Below, piece after piece: positions 22,770 to 35,500 of a DNA stretch of 64,000 bases. Both the position numbers and the translations under genes were made by a program. The DNA comes from Tubiluchus corallicola (Eukaryota > Animalia > Priapulida), in assembly GCA_030141605.1 (NCBI GenBank), contig JAQGDQ010000428.1:124001-188000 (forward strand), given 5' to 3'. Position 1 is the first letter of the stretch; the number at the start of each line of letters is the position of its first letter. Below the pieces are notes generated by a model, which worked only from the letters and a program-made list of their open reading frames with translations, made no database searches and was not told the DNA's origin.

Positions 22770-25700
22770 ATGGGGTGCTGTTGTAGCTCAGAAGATGATA
22801 AATTGTCGCAGGTGACAATTTTAATAAAATTAATTCATAACTTTTGTTGCACCGTACCGGTGTAGTACACCTGGACAGTGGATGTAGTAGGATTGGTGTT
22901 TTAGTATAAGTGTGGTAGATGAGTCATGAGGAAAACAAAGAAGTGTTAGATAGAAACATAAATAAAATAGATGATAAATTACGTTGTATGGTTGCATGTC
23001 GGTGGTTAAAAAGTCTGATAAAATTTAATGTAAGAATGCTTTGTCAGTACTGGTGGGGTATAGTGTAATATAATCATTTTGTAATATTTTTTCATTGATT
23101 AATGGCAGTCATATTTCACCAATTTGCATATGCTAAAATTTTGTTTATCGTCAATAAAACACATGAGGCTGACCTATGGTTAGTCTGAAGTACATTATGA
23201 GGATATGGGGATGATAACACAGCAGGACCTCAATTACCTGGATGAAATAACAAAAACCACAATTGACAATATATATTCATTTCAACATGAAGACTTTAAT
23301 ACTATATTGATGCAAAAGATTTTATGGTTGTTCTGCACAGGCTAATCTCTCTTGTTTCTCATGTTTTCTAGAAGAGTATCCTTTTTACATTTTTTACAGA
23401 AAAGTTAATTAAAAACTGCCCTGAATGAAATTTGCGGCCATTGGAATATTTAACTGCAATAGCGTGAGTAATGTACGCCAGGGCACATTAAAGGAGTGCG
23501 AGCTTATGATAAGGAAATTAAAATGAGTAGTTAAAAATAACGAGCTGACTTGGAAATAGGCCTGTAAACTAGGTGTGTTAAATGTGATAGCTGAATATAC
23601 AAATATTTTGATTGAAAAACAAACATAAAACACGTATTTAATGGCATGGTAAGAGTCTTGACATCTGATACAGAGTACCACTATATATGACACAATCTGC
23701 AAGAAATATGTATCTAATTATAGACAAACGACTAGTCACAGTAGGAATAACCAAGCTGTTCGCCCCTCGTGATAAGCTATGCTGTGTTTACTACAGCAAA
23801 TTAATGGGAGGAAGAATTATATACCCTTTTCTTCAGACTCGCAAAATGTTGCGTGTGCTGAGTAATCTATACTTATGGTTTGATATTCACCACCATCAGT
23901 CCCTCACCTAAATTACAGTTTTCCAGTTTACAGGCTGTTAATTTGCAAAAGCATTGGCATTCAAAATTTGACAAAGCATATTGAAAATTGGCATTCAAAA
24001 TGTGTTTTAACTTAACAGACTCCCTGAAAATTTCTAAGCTGTTTTTAAATTGTATTTGTAAGTAAAAGCAATATTTTCTGTACTCCAGGATGGTGAACCT
24101 GATGAAAGAACAAGGTTGATGCTTCCTAATCCAGTGAGCAATAATCATGCTAATCACAAGTTAGTATAACAAAAACTTGAATAAACATGCATCTGAATGA
24201 TATAAAAAGAGTTGTAAGAGCATAATGTCAGAATGATTACCAAAAGTGTTGCTTTGTTTTTGATGGCGCAGTTTTCATTTTATTGAATAGACTGAATCAC
24301 TGCATGGTTGTTTTATATAAAACTTATTGACAAGTTGCGCATGTAATACATCAGAAGTATGTCAATTTATGTCACTGATATTAAAATTTACTTAGCCATG
24401 TTAAGCATGCCAGTTCTTGACATGCTGTGTCTGATTCAGATAAAATTTGAGAAATATTTAAGTTTGATCAGACCTATGTCCTATATACTGTGTTCAAATT
24501 TACTTGTGCAAAATTCAGGAAAATTCATGCTGACAGAGTAGAAATGTGTTAACTACAAGAAGCGTTCTAAAGCTAAACTGCTTAAACTAGGCACTTGAAA
24601 GGCTAAAAATATACGAGAAAATATATGACTAAATTGCATTGACCGACCTATGACACCTGGTTTTTATACTTCGTCTCATTGCATGCTGGTCAGTTTTCAA
24701 TGGTAGGGCAAATAAATATGATGTTTGTGGCATGATGTTTATCAAGTTTAGTCCTCTATGATGAGCTACTGAACCAGCAGAGGTCTAGCACTATCAGCTC
24801 TCACGCCAGTGAATTGTATGTGATATTATGTGAAAACTAGCAGCCTTTGATCTCAATAATTTAGGACCTCCGATTTTCTGGATCGTGGAAAACGGACAGA
24901 AATGAAACCGGCCATCTGAAATGGAAAAGCTGTGAAAAACTGGATTTGTCAGATTCCTGACTTTGCTGTAAATTTACTTCGCACTAGAGACAAAATTTAC
25001 TTCACTTGTTACTTTCCTGCAAAATTTAAGCAGTTGTATGATTCCTGCAAAATTCAGCCGTTCACGATCTTGATAGAAGCACTCCATCAATATTTACTTT
25101 TTTATGCAACTTGCACACCCACTACGTCTTTTTATTCCATTTGTTTTTGCGTTTGCCACAAGAAATCCTTACCAGCACCTTGTAGCGAATAGCAACACCG
25201 TGCACGAAACGGATTCTCATTTTCACACAAACAACATGTGGCCATGACTTCAAAGTTATTTACATTTATTTTTTAAAATTTGTTTGAAGTTTATCCCTTT
25301 GATCAGAATTTAGTCTGTTTAGTTTTTTTAACTGGGCGATGAACGTTCTTTTTCTAATTATAAGCATTTTCTCAATGACAGGAATGAGTCTTTAACAGAT
25401 GATCACACCAAGCAGTTAATTATGTTGTATTATAATGGCAATGTAGAAGACAGATTCCTTGCAAAGCAAAATAAATGTTTAAAAAATGCAAATTAAATGT
25501 TGGTGTTATTATATTAAGAAAAGCTAAGAACATCTTAAAGAAAGCTAAGGAAAGCTATATATCCGATGGACTATAGCTTATTTCATATTAATTTTTTTAT
25601 TTACAATCTATCACACATTATGTAATTTGGTGATAAATATTAGTTATAGGGCCTCCTAACTTCTAATTTCTGTGAAGCGGAATTGAAATGAAATTTGGAA

Positions 25701-28700
25701 CGGAAAATTGGAGGTCGTAATATTTTGTATAAGTGATTCACTTAAATGTTTTCCTAAGTTGCGTTTTTGAACAGTGTTTTCTTGTCTTAGTGTGTTGAGA
25801 ATCGTTTCATCTACAGGGCTGCAAAAATTTCAAATGACTTTGTCTTTTTTAGTGACAGCTATGGCAGCATGCCATCATCGTATACACAGCAACCAGATGA
25901 TCAATCCGCTTTGAGCAGAATTCTCATTCAGACGGCTAAGTAAGTGTTCAACATTATTTAGTCTATTAACCACTCACATTTAATTTTGTGTATCAGCTTT
26001 AAAAGCATGAGTGTGTAGATCAAACTAAAAGCTTATTCATAAACGTAATTTCCAGATTATTGGATTACGATAGAAAAAATCAGTAGCATTTATTATATCA
26101 GTGCCATGTTATAGTGTCGTACAAAAATAATTTCAAACATGCCGAAAATGCTTTTGAAGGCCTTGCTACTAAATTATTGGTGTTTAGGTACGATTAACAT
26201 TTTTAGGTAAAGATTTTAATGGTATCATGAAAATATATTGGTGTACCTGTGCTTCATCTTTAACTGCATCAGTACATTACCTCACAGTTATAATCAAGGT
26301 CAGATTATCCACAAAAACAGTACACTAGTGTCTAGAAAAGATAGCCCATTAAGATTTACAAAAGTGGCAAAAATTGCACTCTATGTATTTAGGTTTCTAC
26401 TCCCGACTAGTAGCTATGCGCACTATTCATATCTCTTGGTTTAATGTTTGGTTTGTTGTTAATTTAGCAATGTCATAGATGTGTCATCAATTGATTCACA
26501 TAATGTAGAACAACACGAGTATGCAGATAGGGCTTCACAATATAGGTAAGTTATATTTTACTGTACATATAAGAAGAAATAAAGTGTGATGGTCATCAAT
26601 TCCACATGATATATCATTAATGTTGAGCAAGTCACTTTTAACAAGAGATGTTTCTGCTGCACGGACCTGTCAAGGAAATTGCTTAAAAGTTAAAATTAAA
26701 TTAAAGTTTTGCAAGTGTATATCCCCCAAAACCGCATAATGTTGTTGTTTTATACCCAATGAAAAACCCACCCAAGCCTAGCCAAAAATACAAGCAGTGC
26801 GAAACATCTGAGTTTTCAAAAACAATCTTGTAAAAAATTTTGTAACTTATTGGTACGTCATCATCATACGCCCATTACGTCAATTGTAAACATTGGGCAG
26901 GCAGAATTCTAAAGTAAAAGAAATTCTCCCTCATGACAGATAAACACAGCAGTAATCCAGCAAAAAACTAAACACTGCTATGCCATTAACATTAACTAAA
27001 TACTTAACATTAGTTGTGATAATCATACATACACTGAACTATGGCATATCTTGTTCATGATATTAGCATACTACAGCAGAACACCCACAGTAGTTAGTGT
27101 CCAGCTGCTATCATCTCCCTACCGCTTTGCCAATGCAGTTTTATTCATTCTAGAGTTTGAAGATTTAAAACTCCCGTTTCTTCTTCATTTTTTTGCTCAC
27201 ATTGTTACATATAATGCATTTCATACATTGTCTTAATTTATAAAGATGCCTAGTTTCACCATCTACATGATCACATTGTAGTTAATTTTCTAATATTATC
27301 GTGCGTGCCAATTTGTAAATTCTTGCTATTTGCAAATAAAATGTTTTTTTTCAGTGCAAAATTGACATCGGTGTGTCATAGTGCTAGTGTGCTCAACAAA
27401 CTAAGAAGGCCAGTTGTACTGGTTGATGTCCCAGCTATAGACAGGGTCCTTACTGAAGAACCAATATCAGTATCTGATGTACATTTGGTAAGTATTTAAC
27501 ACTAAGCACTTGTTTATTATTGTTTTAGTATTTGTTAAGATGATGAAGATGAAAGTATTTTGTTAAGACAAAAAATGAACACTTAAAATATGAATCGAAT
27601 CAATAAATTTAATAGCTGTCTCCTGTCTAACAACTGGATACTTACTGATTTGTCTGTCTTTAATTTTCTGTCATCATTTAGTAGTCTTTTGAATTTATTT
27701 TATGCAATGTGACAGAACTAACTTCAGTTTCACCTACATTTCCATTGTATATTGACGCTAGCAAAAACTTACTTTTAAAATGTAATTATTAACTCTTGAT
27801 CCTAGTTTTAGATTTTTTGCCTAGCGTCTTTTAAAAATCAGAGAATATTTGCTGCTTTTGCTTTTGCCAATACGTATCTGACAGATTTCTACGAGTTCAC
27901 ATGTACTGCATTGTTGATTCGGGAACTAATTATTACAATAAATCAGCAAAATAGCAGTTTTCCGTGATAAGTATCGTGGTTTTCTTCCAAAAAAACGTTA
28001 TGTACAGTGGTGCAAAATTTTGGGTGTTACCAGCCTAATGATGACATTTGTAAACTGTGTTGGTATTTTTGGTATCCAGCTAATATTAAACATTGCTAAA
28101 AGCATGTAACCGGCACTAGCTTAGTCATTTTTGAAATACACTTAGAAATAAACATTTTACACATATTAGACTTGTTGTGCTCCTTACAACTTTAATTGCT
28201 ATATGTAGTGTTTTACATAAACTTCACTTTTTTGGCATACCAAAATAAAAATATATGCTTGTGTCATCTGCACCATATTGCATAAAATGCAATTTGTGTT
28301 ATGGTGTGTTTAGAGCAAACATGTCATTATTGCATTATGGAGCTTGAGGGCTCTTACATATGAATTTGGAAGGTAAATTAGACTTCTTTAAAGCGTTTTG
28401 GTTTTTGCATAATTGTATCGTGGTAAATACACCACAATTTAAAGACTGCATGACAGTGTAATAAGTGACAACCTAATGAAACCTTTAAGTACGATAAAGT
28501 AATCAAAATTTTTGATGCTGCCATCAGTACTGCTCAGAGGCAGAGTGGAACCATGCTATACATCTACCACCATGTCATCCTGCATGTTAAAGTAACTAGC
28601 AAGATCAACATCAGTCTATGCAAAGTAGTGCTGTATTAAAGCCTTTAAGTAACCTTACTATAAAACTAACCCTCAATCTTCTTCATTGAAAGAGATATAA

Positions 28701-28888
28701 AATGCGACTATTTCAGTTTTTTTGCCAATTTAATGTTGAAGTATAATTGATCAAAGCAAATAACTGCAATTTTGTAATCATTTTAATTTTTTCAGATATC
28801 AGCAGTATCAGATCAAGCAGCCGCTGCTGTGAAAAAGGTTACTGTTACACATAAGGAAGACCTTGTTGTTAATTTTGGCATTCCGTAA
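22770..28888 (+). CDS. LAMTOR1: Ragulator complex protein LAMTOR1 (p18), 167 aa
   Basis: Exons 22770-22811 (MGCCCSSEDDKLSQ, myristoylation/palmitoylation N-terminus), 24089-24159 (DGEPDERTRLMLPNP, dileucine-like), 25853-25939 (DDQSALSRILIQTA), 26468-26545 (NVIDVSSIDSHNVEQHEYADRASQY), 27355-27487, 28796-28888 (HKEDLVVNFGIP*). 504 nt in frame, all GT-AG. Matches LAMTOR1 motifs MGCC, IDVS, EQHEY and LVVxFGIP. Confidence 0.95.
24862..25719 (+). mobile_element. hAT-derived non-autonomous element retaining a transposase C-terminal relic
   Basis: TIR TAGGACCTCCGATTTTC versus reverse-complement TACGACCTCCAATTTTC. An internal plus-frame peptide, DERSFSNYKHFLNDRNESLTDDHTKQLIMLYYNG (~25338-25440), resembles the hAT dimerisation motif ERxFS. 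Confidence 0.7.
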
Positions 28889-31800
28889 GATGACATTCAA
28901 GCACTGTATATTCGTTATATTACATGAACGTAAGAATGAAAGTTAATCACATGTGATTTCATAGCAAAGCCTGTCAAATGGTTTTCTGGTAGAAATATTT
29001 AGCATCATTTATTGTAGTTCCTACAGCAGAAACCACTACTGTAAAATTTCTTGGAAACATAACTACAGTGCTTCTAAATGGTTCGCTTACTTGCATTTAC
29101 TGTGTGTTTTTACAAAATAATCATTAATTTTGCTTAAGCCATGTTTAATTATTTAATAACCTATGCCATATGTAATGTAAACCTACCATTATTTTTAGAG
29201 TAAAAATACCCCAAGGGTGATGTATGCAGTTGTCTAGTATTGCACATGTGTGAGTGATACATTGAGTCAAGCTTGCACACACAATGTTTTGTAGCTGTAT
29301 GATATTAACTTACTACTGAAGTATCGGAAAGATTAGTAATTGCTGCTACTTTTCTAGATTGTTGTTCAGTTTAGTATAGAGACAGGATTTATGTTTTTGT
29401 CAAGCTAATTCATACATTGACAAAAATGTAATTGTGTTTTATACAACTTTTATTATGTCAACACTCCACCCACATTCAAAGTAAATTATATCGAACAGTT
29501 TGTTGCAGACTTACCTTTGGTGCGGTAAATCAGGTCACTTCTTATTCAAAATGACATTATTACACAGTAATTAGGTAGACTGCCTTTGGCACAAGTGTTA
29601 AGCAAGCTAATTGATTCACTTATTTATTAGTTGTTTGGAACTGTTTTGGTGCATAGTATGTTTACGAAAGTCATCAGTGGTGTGTTGCCAAAAGAAACAA
29701 GCTTAAAAATAATCTGCTATTAAAGTATTTATTGTATTACTGAATGACAGTAAACTGTGATTGCCTCTGGTGCAAAGTGTCTCCTGTAAGACAAACCATG
29801 TATATTATCTTAAGCCACTTCAAACATGAATTTTCAATTGTTAAGCTTTACTTAACAATGTCTGTAATCATAATGTCATGAGCTCTGGTCATTTTCAGTA
29901 AGGCTTACTTTACAGTAGAAACTGTTTATGACTCTAAATTATGTTATAGTCCTGTACTGCATTAATTGTTACTCTTTGTCAGTTAGTGCAACGTTTAAAT
30001 AGGACCTTTTAACATTATAAATGTAGAGATTTTGAATTTTGATTTTTGGGGTCTACAAAGAATGTTATGAAATTGAACAGTGTGCTTTTCAGTAAACTGT
30101 AAATGTGAAATTGTATTATTAATATTGATTAATGAAATGTGTTTTTCATTTTGTTGTTCCTGGTTTTCTTTCGCATTATACCAAGTTAGTCTAGAAGATG
30201 GTGAATGTTTGCAAAATCTTTATTTACATTTCTTCTCATCAATGTGCAACTAACTGCAAAGATATTTATTAAAAAACTGCCTTTACAAAAACACTAAATA
30301 TTTCTGCATATCTTTCTGCTTTTAGGGTACAAAAAAAATTAAAGTAAAAATTTGGATTTACACAGTTTTATGATTTAGAAGTCTGAATGTGCATCGTTAA
30401 CTTTATTATTTCATCAGTTGGCAAGTATATTATAAATTAATTAGATAACAAAAGCATTTCTCAAACTAAAAATAAAAAGCAGACATTAGGTCTCAAAAAT
30501 TGTAAGCAACAAAAAATGTGCATTTATACATTTATCATTATGGTTCTCCATTGTCAGTTCAAATTCAGTGAGTTAGGAAAACAGCACAGTGGCTAGTGTG
30601 TGTGCTTGGTGGACAAAGTTAAGCAACAAACGCTGCTGCACTCCAGCAGAGTTGTGAACTGTGAAATCAATTACTAGAAAAGCTAATCTATATCAATTAT
30701 TTCATTAAACTCGCATTAATGTTATCAACATAATGGTTTAATACATCTATTTTGTTTGCTTGACATGTATAAATAAATAAATACATATATAAGTATATAT
30801 AAAAATTTAGTAAGACTATTATAATAAGTAAATTTCCTTACACATATTCATCAAATAAAGCACAATTGACGTCAAACATAGTGGTCTATCGCTTCGCCCC
30901 CGCTGCAACGTCGGCATGCTCAGCGGCATTCGGGGCAACAACTCGCACTAAAAAACAACTGTCTAAACTAAACTAAACAGCATGACAGTCACAACTAATG
31001 TCTAATCAGCTGATAAACTGGTTGCACTTTTTCATTAATACAAATTTGCAGAGCAGCAACTATGTTTAAACGAAATTAACACTTCAAGTAGCCAAAAAAT
31101 GACTTTTCAATTTAAACAGAATGTAGAGACGAAGTTTCAAAGCACTTAAAATACAGAGACAAGCATAATAAAGAAACTATGCCAGTTAGCCTTGCTTTAC
31201 AATAAATGAGCAACAAAAATATTAAGTCTCTCTTGCCTTTAAACATACGAACATCGTGCCTGCAATGTATTTTTTCCATATTAACTGACCATGTGCCCGT
31301 CTGCAAGATCTATTGTTTTTGTACTTTTCCGTTTGTCAGGCTACGGAAATAGAATAAATTTGACTGTTCCATTCCATAGACGACCCTTATATTGAATGCC
31401 CGAGTCACATAAGTCTCAATGGCATCTTTTAACTTTGATTATAACCAGAAAAATAGCGTAAAATTAGCTAATATTACTTTGATGTATAATATAAGTTTTG
31501 ACCTCATTTGAATTGATTTTGACTGTAAAGATCTCATTGAGGTTTATAAAAACTGGCCAGAAAAGATTTAAAGTTATTTAAAGCTAATCAAATAGTTGTT
31601 TTTATCTAACTTGCAAAGTCATAAACTAAACTAAACTGCAACTTTTTTCTTGATTGCAAAATGGTTTAATCAGCAACTCATAGACGTAAGCGTTGTGCAT
31701 TTCTTCCTATAAACGAAACTAGACTATATATTTCTACTAATTCGTTTCCAATTTCAATCGACAATAATAAAATCTAGAATCAGGCCAATGAAATAACTAA

Positions 31801-32557
31801 TGAAAAGTTGAGCATTTTTCATAACAGTGTTAGACGGAGCTGTAGCTGAATGTCCCGAACGTACCTGCTGCAGGGGTGTGTGAAATAACTTGCATGCTGA
31901 TTGGGCAGTCAAAGAAAATGACTGACATTATGTTAGACATCAATTGTTAAACTAACACATCTGTTGCGGAACTGGTTGTTACTCTTTGTAGACGATAGTC
32001 CTTTAATATTTTTGCAGCTGGTGTTATACTATTATTACTGATAAGTATATATTAAAAAATAACAATATCATTTAATACTGTTTATCAATGTTAATAAGAA
32101 TCATAAATTCACGATTAAATAGAGTAAGTGGTCCCCTGCCATAGTCACAAAAGTATGAGAATTTAAATGTTTTATATTTATGTTAAGTTATGTTTATGTT
32201 CAAAATACACAAAAGAAAACTATTTGGCAACTTGAAATATTTGACTGCTTGAAAATTTCTGATGACATCAAATCTTTCGCTCGTATTTTCATTTCAGCTC
32301 TTATTTGTATATTTAATTTCCGGTGCATGCATAAATTTCATAAATGTGAAGAAATAGCGAAACCTGAATGCACGGACTTTTAGCTAAAATAACATACTGG
32401 CTAAGCTTACTGAACCATACGGGGTCATTTTCCAAAATGCATGTAAAAATGTCGATAGCTAGGTACACATGTATCGCACAATTACATAATTCATGGACTA
32501 TTTAAAATTGAGAACACAATTACACTTGCAAAAACATATATATAAACAAAGTCAAGG

Positions 32558-35500
32558 CTATGACGTGGGAAAAATCATTTCTTGGGAGCTGCTTGCTTTA
32601 TTCTGCTCAACATTTGATGCTGTATAAAGTTTCTCTTCTATGTTGAAGCCCATCAGATCTTTTCGTGTTATGACACCTTTTACAGAATTACTGTTGTCAA
32701 CCACCACAAGGTGCCGAAGCCCAAGCGTTCGAAAAATTATGTACGCTCTGTGCAGAGAGAAGTTTTCATGTACAGACATTGCTGATTGGTTCATATATGG
32801 AACCTGTAAGTATCAAATCTCAATCTAAATTCATTACAAAGCTGATGTCTAATGGGATCCAAAAGTAAATGTTGTTTTAATAATAACTGTCAATAAATCA
32901 ATTTTATATTTTAACAGCCCTTTTTATTGCACAAATTTTATTAAAAACGATATACCTACCAAATTAACAAAAAGATTTTCGTATTTTTCGTCTTCTGTGA
33001 ATCTCTGGAGAACATCAGTGAGTGAGTGTGTGTCGACTAATTTGTATTTAACAAACTGAAAATGAAACACATGTAGCTAGCAAAACATACGATCACATAA
33101 TTACTAAAGCAAAAACTGTATTAAAAATTCTCAAGGTAAATAACTTGCTCTTTATCTGACCCGCTTGTTATTTATGCACAATTTTACCGAGGACTTGGCA
33201 TAACAAGCAATAGCAACAGTAAGGGGTAAAGCCAAGCAGAGAACTCGTGCTGCTGCTGTTTATCACAAAGCACACTACTACCCTGAGCTTTTCTTCAAGC
33301 CTCTTGTTTGTAGAACTGTCTATCAGAAAACCATTTCATTATTAACTACAATCACACACTCTTGAACGAGAATGTCATTAAATACAAGGCCCATAAGACA
33401 CTACACACTTCAACTTCTAATTTTGTTTTAAAATCTTTGTCTAATCTCGGTAAGTTCTAACAAGAACCAAAAGGGTTTTTGGACAGTTTTTATTTATTTT
33501 TTGATGTATAAGCCAGCTTGGTACAAGATTCCTCGATCTCCAAATAAAGTTCAGCGAAAATTCAAAGCACCATATGGACCATATTATTAACAATGTAGCT
33601 TTATCAAAAAGGAGCAGTGCTGTGAGAGACCTTTTCAATGCAAGATACCGACTTGCAATTCGATTGGTCTCTAAGGGTCTTGAGAGCCCTGAAGATGATT
33701 TCATCAGATTCCTGAAGATGGTATCACCATCATCATCATCATATGCCCTCAAGATATAAGCACAGCAAAAAACTAGATGCTGCTATCCCATTGTGCCTTC
33801 TCAGCAGTTCTTGTGTCGTACTTCCTTTCAGATTTTCCTCTAATTAAAAAAAATTGCCTATCTGCACCTATTTTCAAACATTTTCCTTTATTTGTCGAAA
33901 AAATATGAAAAATGCAAATTGTATCTAATCCCTAAAATATTATTTCTGAACCTCTATTCACATTTTTCACACAACGAAACTTACATCTTGGTAGTCCAAA
34001 AATGTTACATCGGTTTGCTCCTGATCAGCGCCGCTTTCATCCTCAAACAAACTCTCTTGACTCAACAGCAACAATATATCCTTCCTATAACAAAACAGTA
34101 AACAGTAGAAAACATTAATAAATGCAATATAATAGTATTAGTAATGTATGTTATTTGCACTGGCAATTTATCGGGCTTAGCAGATGAGTTTTTGATTATC
34201 AGGACTTTGATATAAAAATTGTCCATCGGTAAAAATGAAATTAAATGCTAGTGATAACATAATAGTTTGCAAATTACAACACAACACAACTCAATGTGAC
34301 ATGACACAAGCTAAGATAAGACAAAGTAAGATAACAATATAAGATAAGATAAATTAACATAGTATGACATAACGTAATGTAACATAGCACAGCACAGCAT
34401 GGCAAAGCATAACATAATGCAACGTAACGTAACATAAGGTAACATAACATAACATAAGATCATCTAATGTAACATACCATAAGATAACATAACATAACAT
34501 GACGTGACGTGACATAACGTAACATAATGTAACACAACATAACACGCAGAAAACTTTACATCCTGACCTCTTTTACTGCTTTGGAATTGACACTGGGAAA
34601 GATAGTCAATGCATAATATAAAACTGGCGAAAGAGCTGTATCATAGAATTTCTAGTTAGCACGTAGGTTTCTCATTACACGCACAAATTAGTGACACAAA
34701 ACAATTGTGTATTTGTCCATTTTTAGAAACACTTGATACCTTGTTATTAAACCGAGGAAAACTTGTCGATCATGCGCATCTACATCAACTACGGGAAAAC
34801 CGCCGTGCTGAGTGTATAACAGCAGAGATGCTAAATTATGAACTTTCTCTTTTTTAAAGAATACAACAGCAGGAGCTGACATCACATCTCTTGCACAATA
34901 TAGTTCAAGATTCATTCTAAAAAAATAAAAAATACTTAACATTTTAATGGCCATGTTTCGTATCAATATATCGTTAAAGTTTACTTAATCTGTGAGAACT
35001 GAAATTAGATTGAATTTTGCAACACTTCAAGTCGTTCATTTACAGTAGGTACTAATTAACTAAAGCTCTTTAGCCTCATTTGTTTTACTGTAGGTAATAA
35101 AACTGCTATCAAATGAAACAAATATTATGCTGAACTGTTACAGCGACCTCGAAATAAAGTATAAACAGCTTTTGTATCGATTCGTTTGAGCTAGTTTCTC
35201 AACTTCAGTTCAGTCTGTCATGTGCAGCTGCTATTGCTCACAATGAACTTATGAAAGGCGCACTATACGTTAAGTCAGCTCACTTATCTATGCTACAAAT
35301 TAATGGTACAAATACACTGGAGATGATACAGTATCTACATCATTGGCTCATGCTTTCGGGGTTCTCAGAGAAATTAGCTGCTTTTGTCTTTGTGCACATG
35401 AGCAGGATCAAATCAGTGGTAGTGTTTCTCAAAGTTGTGTAGCATTCTCCACTTTGTTTCTACTACTGTTTGTCAATATCAGTCAAACTCTTCACACGCT

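Noticed and set aside
24752-24815. Possible extra LAMTOR1 exon (LYDELLNQQRSS)
   Set aside because: It would need a phase-1 entry while the flanking intron is phase 2, and LAMTOR1 is complete without it.
33441-33759. Overlapping ORFs on both strands in a CLC intron (one frame has KFKAPYGPY)
   Set aside because: No convincing domain or splice context; at most a tiny retroelement relic.
34569-34635. Possible extra CLC exon between the CBS domains
   Set aside because: Its phase does not fit the flanking exons, and the 34740->34084 junction already gives a continuous frame.
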